From positions 10,240,698 through 10,304,697 of the forward strand of contig OZ037765.1 of NCBI GenBank assembly GCA_964035545.1: a DNA stretch of 64,000 nucleotides, given 5' to 3'. Position 1 is the first letter of the stretch, and each line of letters opens with the position of its first letter. The position numbers and the translations under genes were made by a program. Below, piece after piece: positions 37,601 to 51,400 of the stretch. The notes under the pieces were generated by a model. That model saw nothing but the letters and a program-made list of their open reading frames with translations. It did no database searches and was not told the origin of the DNA. Source of the stretch: Bugula neritina. Taxonomy: Eukaryota > Animalia > Bryozoa.

Positions 37601-40600
37601 CGCATATTTTACAAATTGCAGGTTAGAAAAAATTAATTTCCAGCTTCAAGAAGTTTCACAAGGACTTGTGAATCAATATTTTACATCTAAACTTAGACAT
37701 TAAAATATAGATTAGATATTTATAGCTTGGATAAGTTGAATAACCAGCAGCCTTATGTCACCAGCTTACCTGACTAAGACAACTTTGATATTGTTAGAGT
37801 AGACGGAGGCAAGTATGCGACTAGCTGTTGTCACGGGCTGCTGGTGAAGTATCTCGCCATTCACTTCCAGAATCTGATCGCCAATCTTGATGCGGCCATC
37901 TTGCGCCACCACTCCCTCGTTGTTAATATCCGATACATACAAGTCTGAGTTGTCTCCTAGCAGATCCATTCCTAGCTTTTCTCCTCGAGTTGTTCGCTTC
38001 AACTCAACTATGTGTAATTCTCCTGCCAGTGCACGATACTTTCGACGCAACTTCTCTACAAAAATTTGAATAAACCAACTTGTAAGAACAATGATTACTA
38101 ACTGCAGTAAGTTAGTCTATCAACATAAACCATTACGATTTGTAGAGTAAAAACATTACTAAGAATTTTTTTCAGTATATGGCCAGGTTTTTACAAAGAA
38201 AATTCTCCAAATAATCAAGGAGTAGTCGGATAATATAGAGTCAAACATCTGTAACAGAAACTCACTCCAAGTGTAACCAAACTCGTCTTCAGACTCGCTG
38301 TCGCTGGAAAGACTAGTAGCGTTGACGGACGTGTTGTGACTGTTGGTGGTTGTTCTACTCAGCTCTGAGATCTGCCTCGGGTGAGGGGGAGCTGCTACAG
38401 GGGTGTGGCTTAGAGCTGGACTACTGACCGGACTCACTGAAAGTGAAGACAAACACATTCTTCAACAAATAATAAAAACTATTCATAATAACATTGCTGT
38501 GAAGCAATCAAAGAACATTGACTGTATAGATAGCCATCTACGGTTACATATTTGTCAACTGCGTTTAGAAGCAACACAGGATGTAGAGGAAAACACCTTC
38601 TTGCATTAGCAAAAGTTGAAGCAGTAATTTTGCCTGAGTTTCTTACCAGAGTTGGAGTTTTCTAAGGAATCTTCAACGAGACTCTGCACTACAAACTCCA
38701 CAGGGTTGCCGGCTGCCTTTATGACCTCCACAGCTTGATCATGTGACGCCCTTTCTAGGCTAACACCATTTACCTGACAACATATTTGAATGTCAATCCA
38801 GCCAGAATACAATCGGTAAAATTTCAGTGAATTTAAATGTGTCGTATACACTATAATACATGTGGTATACGCTATAATACATGTGGTATACACTATAATA
38901 CCTGTGGTATACACTATAATACGTGTGGTATACACTATAATACCTGTGGTATACACTATAATACGTGTGGTATACACTATAATACGTGTGGTATACACTA
39001 TAATACCTGTGGTATACACTATAATACGTGTGGTATACACTATAATATGTATGGTATACAGGATAATATATATGTTATGGACTATAATATGTATGGTATA
39101 CACTATATGTATGTTATACACCAGGAGGCCCCAGGGCCGGATGTGTCCCCCAGCCTACATCTATGCGGCCCTCAAAGGGATAACAAATAAAATTATTTTT
39201 CACAGATATATGAATTAGAGTGAAAAATCACCTTTTAAATATCTTATTTATATAAATGCTACAAAACATGTAGTCTGCAGTAACTATTAGGACTTCATCA
39301 TGTAATGGTTAATAAGAATTTGGAATAAAGTATTTAAAAATTACTGGTGCTGTGGCCCCCAGCTCAAACTAAAGTTTAGAATGTGTCCCTAGCCACTGGA
39401 ATATTCCCTTTCAGTGGCCCTCGGTCTGTAAAGGTTGGACACCCCTGTTATAGACTATAGTATGTGTGGTATACACTATAATATGTGTGGAGTAGTTGCG
39501 GTTATTTTTAACTTTTAAAATTCTCCGCCTACCTTAAGTATCCGATCTCCTGTGCGCAAAAGACCACTACGGCCGGCTGGGCTAGCTTCCAGAACATTCT
39601 TTATGAAGATACCTGCGATAGCCTTCTCAGGTGATAGATGGAACATGTCCATTCGGCCACCTACAGCACAAGAGTACTTGGGAGTTACCTATCCTTTCTC
39701 TCAGTGTACAGCAATCAACCAGAGATGCTGGCAGGGGTGAGATAAAAATTATAAACACACGAGTAAAAGCATTCTGCAGACAATATCTAACATAAGAAAG
39801 GAACAACACACTAAGTGAGTTTGTTTTATAAGGAATACACATAACACAGCTGTACTTCTAATCTATGAAATCAGATGTTGCATGGAACTAAAATGTCAAC
39901 TAATGGATTGAAAGCAGTGTGTAGTTGATTGAGAATCGGAGTAACTGGAAATTTGAAGCAAAGCATTTAATATATATTTAGTAGTGCTGAGTATTGAAGA
40001 AACACGTTATACAGTTACAGAATACACTAATACATGTAAACGAGATAACGTACCTCCCCCACCTAAAATAGTGAACAAAATATGTAAAATGCAATAAAAT
40101 AATTTAATGAACAGCAGACTTGTGAATCTTTCCTACTAAGTTAGAATAGAATGATGACAATGGTGTTATTATTGATTGTTCGGCACACTACTTTACACCA
40201 ACTGGCTTAGCTGTAAATAACAGTCAAAGTGCGTACTAGAATGTAACAAGATGCATTAAGGCCACCATATAGAGGATTTCCCATCTTACCAACGATACTA
40301 ATACCAAGACTCTGGCCAGCAACTCTGTGTAGCTTGACACTCCTGGGAATTCCCCATGTACCGGGTAGTTGAGCTGCTGAGGATTTGTCCATTTCCACAC
40401 TCATAGATGTGCTACATTGTAAACAAAACTCACCATTACTGTATAAACCTAACACTTGTCTAGTCAAATGATACAAATAAACAGTTCTTAGGTATAAAAA
40501 GAGTTTGCTTAGCTCATATATTATATAATAGTCAATCAATAGACATAACTTTTCACGAAGATGCCCAAGTTTTGTGTAACTTCCAAATACAATAACGAAA

Positions 40601-43600
40601 AACGATGATAATAATGGCAAAGAGAATGATGAAGCAGTGTATTATGGTGCACATTTCATTCTCTAGAAATGTGAGGATAGGAGGTGAAGAAAGATGAAAA
40701 ACTTGAAGTGTTCTAGAGGTCTAAATCTGGTAGAGAATAAAGAAAACTGTGGCACCAATTATTTTACATGTTCCAGGACTAATGACCGACTGAAACTGAT
40801 TCTGACCACGCTTGAAGTACTGATGTCTTCTGGTAACATCCAGAAATCAGTTCAGCTCGGAATAGCACACATGCTACAGAAGGTACTAAAGAGTAAACAT
40901 GACAGAATTTTCACATTAAAAAGGCGACGTAAGTAGACAAATATTAGGATCTGGCTTGAAAGTTGACTCAGATGTAAAAAACCTCAGCAAATTTATTTTC
41001 ATAGTGATAGGAGCTTTTGGGTGAAATACAGAATAATACATTAGAACTGCTGAAGTTGAAGTGAATAAATACACACTATCTCAGACATCTCAATAGCATC
41101 AGCTGAGATTTTAACAAGTCATTCCAGCCTAATGGAACCAAGTTGACGGCATGAGACTGAACCAGTTCAAGCTGTGGCACAACCAAAATCATCAACAATA
41201 ATAATAATTATAAGCCTTGCCAGTAAAAAATGTTAGCAAAGTTAAGTTAAGCAAACAAAATCCAGAACAGCCAATAAGGACTAGATGCTTATAAATGTAT
41301 TCCATACAGTAGACAAAGGTAGAATTACTCCAACTATAATGAAAAAACCCAAGAGACCTACATCCACATTAAAATAGTGATGTCTGTACATAACATAAAA
41401 ACCATAAATAATATATAATATCATACATAAAGTAAAGTCTAGCTGCTACTTATTAACCAATCAGATTGGTAAGAATAGTTTAGCAAATTACTCAACAAAT
41501 AGACTTAAAGTCATATTCAGGTTAAATCAAAAGACAAAAATATGCTCTACCAATAAACAAAATAACGACGATGCAAAGTTAGTAACGATATCTATATTGT
41601 CATTATCCGTCAGATCACAAACTTTAAAAGCATGCATCAAGTAGTAAGGGTAAATATTTCTACGTAAATTATATCTTGGCATTGAGTAGTGCAGAGTGAA
41701 TAGGCTAATAGTGGAACTAAAATTACAACAGCTAAGTTAAACACTATTATGACCAACTCTATGCTGAATGTAAAGTTCACAACAAACATTTTCTTCATTT
41801 TCTTACCGGTAAAACTTTGGAAATACCCTATGGAGGACAAAACTTTTAAATTAAACGGAAAACAATTTTATTGTCGGACTGCATTGCTTGTTGCTAACAG
41901 CTGCTCTTGAAATTTTAGCTGGTCAACAAATAACACAAGTTGAAAAAAGTTCGGTTTGTCGCAGTTTTAAATGTCAAGTTTGTAAACCTCAGAAGAGAAG
42001 TTCAAGACAAGCAAATGCTGTTAATGTCTGTTTCTCTTCTGGTAATTCTGTGGGCAAATCAATGTTTTGAAACTCTATCTATTGCAGTTTTACGAAAAAA
42101 AAATTGTTAAGCTGACAAGAATGAAAAAATAATAATGAAGGAACTAACCTAGGAGATAGCATAGACGCTTTAGGGTTCTGTGAAGATGCAGTCTCATTCT
42201 TTTCATTGTCAGCTTGCTGTACTAACCTCGCTGTCTCCTTGTGAATAGTAGCGTCAGCACCAGGTATATATTGTATGCTGCAGACACGCAGGTAACAGAG
42301 TTGATATCAGCTGATATTACATAGCTTTTAGTATGTCACATCTACTCACAAAGTAAAGGTAAAGCAGTTTCACCTGAGATCAGTTTGTAAGGCAGCTCTC
42401 CGTAGAATGGCTCTAATCTGTGCATTAGATACGTGACGGAGACTCTCACTGTTTATTGCTATTAAGTAGTCGCCAAGTTGCAGTCGGCCATCTTTACCGA
42501 TGGGACCGGTCTGAGTTATAGATTTTACGATACAGCCATTAACACCAAGGTCTGCAGACTCCAACACTAGTCCTGTACAACAACAAATCATATGGAATAT
42601 TAAGGATAGTCTGCAGTAACGTGCTGCCATACTGTGTGAGTCAGGAGCTGCTGTCAACAAGCCGCTGCCAACAAACCGCTGTCAACAAACTGTTAGATGT
42701 TATCCTGTATGTACCCCAGAAGAGTTTTGATCATTTCTTCATTATTTATATTTGCCTAATTGTACTAAGATATAAAGACAAACTAGAATGTATTCAAACA
42801 TAATTTTTTGCTGTACTGTTACATTCAGAAAATACATACATGTACTATATTATATTGTATATAGTATCCCTTATTTAAGAAATATAATGTAAAATAAATT
42901 ATAAATTAAAATTAGTGTGATAATCCTAAAAAGAAACACCAGAATTTCCAAGTAGTCCTTGTGTACCGTAAACTAGTATTATGAGCACCAGCACCCGTCC
43001 ACACTGTTAAATATTATGATCGACCTGAGCAGTGTTAGCCTTGGATTGCAAAATCAACAACACATGATGATGAACGCTGCATTGAAACAAATTTAAAGAA
43101 AGGAGCACAGGGCAGGGAGACAGGGTACATACCCAACACTTTCTTCCGGCCTTCATCGTCTGAATCAGACTGCGAATCTGATTATAAAACGAAACTAAAT
43201 GTACAAAACAGGTCTTCTAAATTATATACAACTTAGTGTTACCTAATTCAATGCAAAATTTACAAAGCTCGTGTAATTTAAAATTTACAACCAGAGTACA
43301 TGTAGGTATTCATTTCTAAACTAATTATTTATATGGATGCACAAAATGAAGGCTTTCACCATACAGGTGTAGGTCAACTCTCTGACGTGTTGAGGACTCA
43401 CCAAGTTGAGATCTGCCTATCCTAATCTTCAAGGTTCTCTCCAGGGCTGTGGGCAAAACAGTAGCATCAGAGCCGGTACGACTGTACTTGGAAGACTTAG
43501 ACGGGGACATTTCTGGAGAACTCACCACTTGATCACTGATTTGTGAAAGCTGAAACATCATGTCACAATACAATAAACACCATCGGCCCTACTTTTCTAT

Positions 43601-46600
43601 AACTGATATTATTTGAATTTCTAATGACGTTACTAACATCATATAGTTACAGCCTATCTCTGATACAAAACAGCAAGACACAGTAAGTAAGTATTTAAGT
43701 TCTTTACACAACTGTGAACAAATAAGATTACAAATCAGAGTAAAGCTTATATAATAATACATTCATAACACTTATTATTATTATTCTGGTAAAATAACTT
43801 TATAAAGCAATCAAAATAAGTAAAAGGTTTACGATAAATAAAACAAGAGCAGGAAACTCTGAAACTCATGTGCACTTCACAGAATTCAAACTGATCTCGA
43901 ATGTTCATCTAAGCATGCAAATCTCACATGCTGCATTACACACCAATCTCAAAAAATATCACACAGTAAAATAAAAAACAGAGGATGCGAAAATGAACAG
44001 TTTTGTTGTTAGTCAGAGTAATTATATTGATTAGTCCAAAGCATTTATTGATCACATCAAATAAACTGAATTAGTGCACTGGCAAGAACAGAGAGCGTTC
44101 CCTGTTGACACGATCTGCAACTACACATTACTACACCTCAGAAATCTCCCAAACATTAAACTTTAGTCATCGAAGCACCAATCACCGTTAAATTACAATA
44201 CTTGGTTCTATTATGTTCATCAATTCAAGTAACTTTTGAACAAATCACAACTATTTCAACAGTCAACAGTAATTTATTACAAACAATATAAATACAATCA
44301 TTTTACAGTTTTGCACAGGTATAATTCAAATTCTTTTGTTTCTAGCTGACATTAAGCTAATTTACACATCTGAAAGAGACAAGACAGCATAAAATTAGAG
44401 AAATTTAATTTTGTGCTACAAAAAAACCAAGACATTATTATTTTATCTAAAAAAATTAAGTTCATAGGGACCTTACGCATAAATGCTAATACTGTGTGAC
44501 AATTTATATGCTTCTGAATACATCAACAGTTGAGAAGCAGAATTTTTTTTGAAAAAGACCAGAGCAATAAGAAAGCTGAAACTTCAAAAGCTCAAAATTT
44601 AAAAAACTACTAGTTGTTGTTGAATTGCTTGGCTTGATAGAATTCGTATACCAACAGTCAGATATAAAGAACCACATAATTTCACAACTTTTACATACAT
44701 GTTTTAACATTAAGCTACAAAATCAATTTTATGCAGTTTTTGTCCTTCATAACATGTTAGTTAAAAAGAATTTCTTGATCTATTTTTATTTAACTTATAG
44801 TGTTATTATAACCAATGTTTAGACCAGTACCCAGACATCTACTACATACATGTAATACAGTAATTATATAACTTCAACTAACCTGTTTATTATGCTTTGC
44901 TGATACTACTGGTGTTCCCTAGAAGAATGAGAATGAAATAATCAACAAACATAAACTTAAAGTGTTATTTTAAACCAACAAATCAATAAAAAAGGAAAAC
45001 ATTAGCATTAAGCATTCAGCTAATAGCAAGCATACACGAGACTGTAAATTAGACCTATTTAGTATCAACATGAGAGTTGAATAGTTCAAACAGGCATATT
45101 GAATGACTGTGTTTATAACAGGGATGGATTATAATTTACGATCTATATTTCAGCTCTGATGAAGTAAGTGTGAATTTATATAACAAGAAACAGCATATTA
45201 TGCTACTGATCACAGCTGCTCCTAGATAAATGGCTAAACAGACTGATTTAAACAACTGCCACCTCAATAATGATGCCTCAAAAATAATAAACTCTGCAAG
45301 ATATTAAAAAATAGCTGTTGCAGTTAATTAAAACTATTTGTGCAAACTCTTATTATAATTATTAGAAACTGCACTCACCTCTGCACTGTCAATGTCAACC
45401 AAATCCTCCTACAACCATAAAATACAAATACTGATATTAGCGACTGAGATATATATCATAAAATCTTAATCTAAACATTATACAGACACATGCAAGAGTA
45501 AGATATTACACTATGAACACAGAAACACTATTAGTTGTTGAAGGATAAACTCTCAAGTGATACTGAGGAGGGCACAAGTGCTTTATAGCACAAATAACAA
45601 TCAATTTCTCGCTGTGTCGTAATAATCAAGTTAGTCCATCTTGAATTGGGTCTATACTACTACGTGCTACCCTCAATGTAGTTCTGATGGCTACAGGGAC
45701 TCCCCGGTGCATTTTGTAACATACTATAGGCAAAGCACACGCACAATTAGCATGCTATTAAACAGCTAGTATACTGCTTAAGAGAGCAGACATCAACAGG
45801 TAACTAGCAAGGTTACATGCCAATAGAAGGGGGAGTTGGCAACTAAATAATTAGCAGTCATTAAGAAGTGCAGCAAAGAACTGGTTTTTCAAACCAAATT
45901 ATGCAGAGAGATTATTGCCAACTTAATTTTCTGCCATCACAAGTCAATCACAAATTTTAGAATAATTGTTATCGGCAATAAGAAGGAATGGGAATTGAAC
46001 TTGAAAATTGTATTTATTTCAGAGTAGTCGTTGCGCTAAACATGAGAAAAGAAAACTAATAAAAATTTAAATAGTTCATTGAAACGGTTTTAATAAAAAA
46101 AAAAACCAATGAGCCAAGTTGAATAAGCAATGAATAGGAAGAGATAACTTTTGAGGGAAAGCGATATTTTGTTCTACCATGAAGAAATAGGGCAGATAAC
46201 TCCATGTTATGTATGAAAAAGAAAAAAGAAAGCTAAATTAAGCAACTAGATTGAAATGGAGGGTCACAACGATTGAGTTCATCACACATACATACATCAT
46301 CACCTAAAAACCAGATCTATCGCTGCCTGATGACTTGAATCTGAAAGACTCACTAACAACTGATCAAGGAAGTCTAGTATAAATGAGATGGTGAACTAAA
46401 TTGTAATGGAGGCAAATATGGGAACAACACCAGAAGAGCTACATGCTTTGATGTTGATTCTGTAACTGTTGGCAGCTGATGGGAGTCTTGTGCGCCCCCG
46501 GCAGCATTGGTGAGACTATATGCTTCACCACCACACCAGCCACTGTCACTACTAATACTACTACTAAGGCAACTAGCATGCTCAAGAGCGGAGGTAATAG

Positions 46601-49600
46601 GGATACGACACCAACAATTTGGTGAAAGTGTTTATTAAAGCAGCATGCAACTGTAGATCTACGCCAGGAACACCAACACCAGATCTGCACCTACTGACCT
46701 CTTGGTTAGGTTTGCCTATATTGGCTTTGGACGAAAAATTCTGTCTGTACATTTTAGCTACCATCTCAGGTTCATCAACCAACTCATCCTGTTAGTGCGA
46801 TGAAGGGGAGGTTAGAATGTATAAGCCAGTGACCAGCCATTGGCATTCATAGCTCAAGTGCATGTTAAGTTTTACTTTTTATTGTTTGTAGGTTTGAACC
46901 AACGCAAAAGATTATCAAACTACCTACTACGGAGTTAAAATAGCTGCTTGATAATTGAAGTCTAGGTTACACAATTCTTATTAAAGTTGACTAGGGCTAG
47001 TTAGTAGTGTGCTGTCAATTTGAGAGACATTTGACAATCAAAACAGATGTAAAAGTAATGGGGATTTTTCTGTATCATGTATTACAGTATCGCAAATTAC
47101 TGTATTATGAATTGATGTATTGTGAAATTTATTAAACTATGAATTACTCCCAATGAAATTATGTATTATAAATTAGCTGCTTAGACCAGATTACAAGTTA
47201 CAATATTAAAATAAAATATAGATTGTGATTACAAACTAAAATACTAGCCAACCTATCAACTACCTGATGTAGATATTTTAATTTTATTAAATTAGGTGAC
47301 CACAAGCTTTACTAAGTTCCAAACTATAAGTACCGGATTATCAGTGATGGGCAGTGACTTGGTTACGCCAATTCTCACAGTACCCATCTCAGCTCCTTTC
47401 AGCGCCTGCACAGCCTGATCCAGTGTTGCGTTCTCCAAGGAGATGTCATTCACAAAGAGCAGTCTGTCTCCAGACACAAGTCTCCCGTCTCTAGCAGCTA
47501 CACCATTGCTCACCAAACTCCTTATCACAATGATACTCTCACTCGGATTCAAAGGATCCTGTCAAGATGTAGTGCAGAGTAATTGAGCTGTCGTAAATAC
47601 AGGAGTTATGCTTAAACTTGTACATCAGCAATATCTATATGTATACTGCTCAGCTGGCTTACACACCTGGTAGTCCAGAATACTGAACCCAAGGCCGGCT
47701 GCACCCTTCTCCAGCTCGATAACTACAGTCTCATCACTCCACACTGCAAGGCCAGTTATTGGCTCTACAGACCTGTTGATGTAGATAAACACTGTTATAA
47801 AGTGCAACCTAATCTATAATATAACATGCTATACATTCTAACTACATCACGGGTACTATATATTCTAACTACATAAACGAGATAATGCAAAATCGTTAAT
47901 AAAGTTCTAAATCTATTAGCAGATAATGAGAAGAGAAGATAACTCATACATATAATACTATACACTCCAGGAAGAGAGTATTACAAGGGACCATTACTCC
48001 AAAATATATACATAACTATACATTTTGCAAGCTCTTACAACTGACATATCTAACTGGTATAGTGACAACTCACGAGGACTTTAATGACGGTTGTTCTTGC
48101 AGTCTTGTGTTGAGCATCTCTTCTGATTTTGATTTGATGAGTCTGTCAAGATTAGCCTCTTGTTCCTTCAGGGTGTATGCGGGCGGCTGGAAGAACTTCT
48201 CTCTAGTCTGAGAGAAAGGAAGATCAGATTGTGAATGAGCCCGGGTCCTGGCGCACACCAGACGAATTCCATTTGTCAGTTCTTTGAGAACCCCAACTAC
48301 TTCCTTGTGGTTCATGCCTGCACAGGAAATACAAGTTTTATTGAAGGTAAAGTGACACTGGTACTTAGCAAATATATATATAATGCCACTAGTACCCAGT
48401 AAGACAGTATATAGTGACACTAGCACTTAGTAAAACAGTAGATAGTGAAACTAGTACCTAACAAAACAGTATCGTTAACTTCCAGCAGTTCATCGCCACT
48501 TTTTATTTTCCCGGTAGCACCAATTAGACCGTCAGCTAGAATACTTCTGATGTAATGATGAGTTTTTGTTTCTACTCCATCTTCCACGTCTACTGTGCCT
48601 TCCAGTGAGATACCCAAGTCTTTACCCTCCTTCATGAACTGGGCTACCTGTAATACCAACCACTCAGTCTGATAACGTCTTATTCCCTTTATACTGCTAC
48701 TATTCCCCTGCACACGTGCTCAGATGATGCATTTAAACAATCATAAAAAAGGTACGGCATTTTAAAAACCATAGCTAGAGCTGCTATTTCACTTATTTAC
48801 ATTCCTGTGTAAAGTAAAGATGAAGTGAATATATGTACCACAATTTCGAAGTCGTCTCCCATGATTGGCTGCCACTGCTGTTTGATTTGTTGCTCATCTT
48901 CTGGACTTAATTCATCCACTACAGGAAAGAATAATACAATGACAAACAAAATTTAAAAGCTTGAAAAATCCAACTTTTCCTCGCAGAGTTTAGAAGACCC
49001 TCTAACAACACCCAGCAGAACTTATGCAAAAAGTTCGTGAGGCAGAAAACTTACTATATCTTGTGTTGATTGAGTTGGACCTGCTTGAACTTCCTGAAGA
49101 ATCTTGATTATGTTCCGTCTCTGCCTCAGCTGCTTGGGCTAAGGGGAGACAATATACGATTGTAGTGATAGTATGGGTCTAACATTTGAACTGTGGTTAA
49201 AAATAGCAGCATTTACAGGCAAAAAGACTGTCCACACATGTTTAGTAATTCAACTATGATACATATTATAACTATATCATAATAGAAGCTAGTTCACATA
49301 CATGTATTATACTTCACAACTTTTATCAGAGAAACTCCAGATTTAAATACAATTAGCATCTCTAGCTTGTATGTAAAATAAGAAACATGAGTTCAACATT
49401 GCTTTTTTTTAAAATACACACCTGCATATAAGTGAAGCTGTCGAAACTTGGGTCCATGGTTATATCTGGCTAGCTGCAACCATACGGTGGGCCCGGTGTT
49501 CCGCAAAACATTCACTGCGTCTCGATTGGTGTAACCGTGCAAGCCTTGACCGTCCACCTAATATAGATTGAGTAGAAGGCATTGCAGTAGTTGAAATATT

Positions 49601-51316
49601 TAACAAAACTTACTCTCAATTTCGTCTCTTCTAATTCATAATGTCCATTTATTTTTTAGCAAGTATTTTCACACAACTTTCCTTCTGTTTGTAACCCTTA
49701 AAAGGGGTGTCTTTTTACAGACACTGTGCATTTAATCCTAATTGAAAAACATTTTCAACAAAAAGAAAATATTTATTAGTTGATGTAACGATATATCTGC
49801 ATTGCCACTATGTATGTTGCATGCTTCATACAGTTTACTAAACATAACATTGAACAAATAATTGTTTTAGAAGACTTTCTGTCACTCTTGATTGGCTATT
49901 GCTTATACTATAAAGTTTCACAAAAAAGTATTCAAAATAATTAAACATGTTGATTTTTCTAACCAAACATTTTATGAAATGACTCCTAGAGTTCATTTTT
50001 ACAACAACTCCATTCCAATTTATTTGTGAAAAATATAGTATTTCTGACAAGTTGATTTTAATTCTTTTCCAATAGTTCACAGCATATTCATTACAATAAT
50101 TGTTTTACAGTCATGGAGCTCGCAAGATGTGGATGCAGATCAACTCTGGTGTTCAAATCTCAATTGAAACATATAGAAGCAATCTATGTATGAACAACAT
50201 TAAATGGCAAAACGACTAAATGTAAGCCATGATAGATTTCAATGAGGTTTCTATCCTTTGCATAGCAGTTTTGGTCACAGCCATTCAACAACCTACCTCA
50301 ATGATCTGGTCATTGACTTTAATTTTGCCATCGTGTGCGGCAGCGCTGTCGGGAGTTACGCTCTTAACAAAGATGCCGGAGAGATCATCATGAGGTGATT
50401 CCCCAATATATCCAGCAATAGTTATACCGAGACCCTGGGAATCTTTGATTAGCTGAGTGGAGAAATGTTCCACCTCGGGCAGGTCTGTGTCTTCCCCCTC
50501 CTACAATGATTTAGGCTGCATGACTACAGAGCCACCAGCTGCACATACTGCATACTGTTGCATACTACAATACATATATTGTACTGCATGTACTGCACAT
50601 ACTGTACTGTATGCACTGCATACTACACTACACTGTGTGTACTTCATACACTGCACTGCATATTCTGCACTATGTGTACTGCATACTACAGTACCGTATG
50701 AAGTACAGTATGGAATTTAGTGATGTCAGTTTACAGTTGAAACTCTTCCACAGACTAAAGACTTTTTGGTTTAAACCAAAGGAGAAATTTTGACTATACC
50801 GCCCTTTAAAATGTTGCCAATGTTTGTTCAATCATAGATCACAGAATTATGCTAGATAAATGCTATCAGGCCATATACACTAGATAGCACATGTGATATA
50901 TAGTATTCACAACACACAATGAAGTTATAGCCTTATGTGCAATAAAAGCCATAGGTAGAAGATGAGAAAGTTCAAAAGTCGTCTTTTCATTTGAGAAAGT
51001 AATTAAAATGTAGTGTAGCCTTGGTTACCACGGCTGTCTCTAGATACGCATCCATCTCCATGAGACGATAACAGAGCGTCTCCAGGTACTCATCAAGAGT
51101 ATCTGTGGGTATGACAGCAGTACCATTGTCATTACTAGACGATGAATCATGCACTGGTCTGGCTACTATCAACCTGACGGCTGCTCCAGACTGTCTCAAC
51201 ACAGTGGCTACGCTCTCACTGCCCATACCTAAACACAGGAGATGTATAAAGATAAGACAGAGTACTCAGCTAGTATACAGAGTATGCCATTTGCTTAGAC
51301 TAAAACTGTGTATTAT

Positions 51317-51400
<84 letters not shown>

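Noticed and set aside
38606-39218. Long overlapping ORFs of 117-171 aa with periodic sequence
   Set aside because: They are translations of the 21-bp minisatellite; only the ~38640-38772 part is a true MPDZ exon. There are no unique spacers, so not CRISPR-like.
41637-42080. Extra MPDZ exons or a membrane-anchor isoform
   Set aside because: Candidate acceptors are not phase-compatible with the upstream phase-2 donor; hydrophobic ORFs are expected in T-rich introns.
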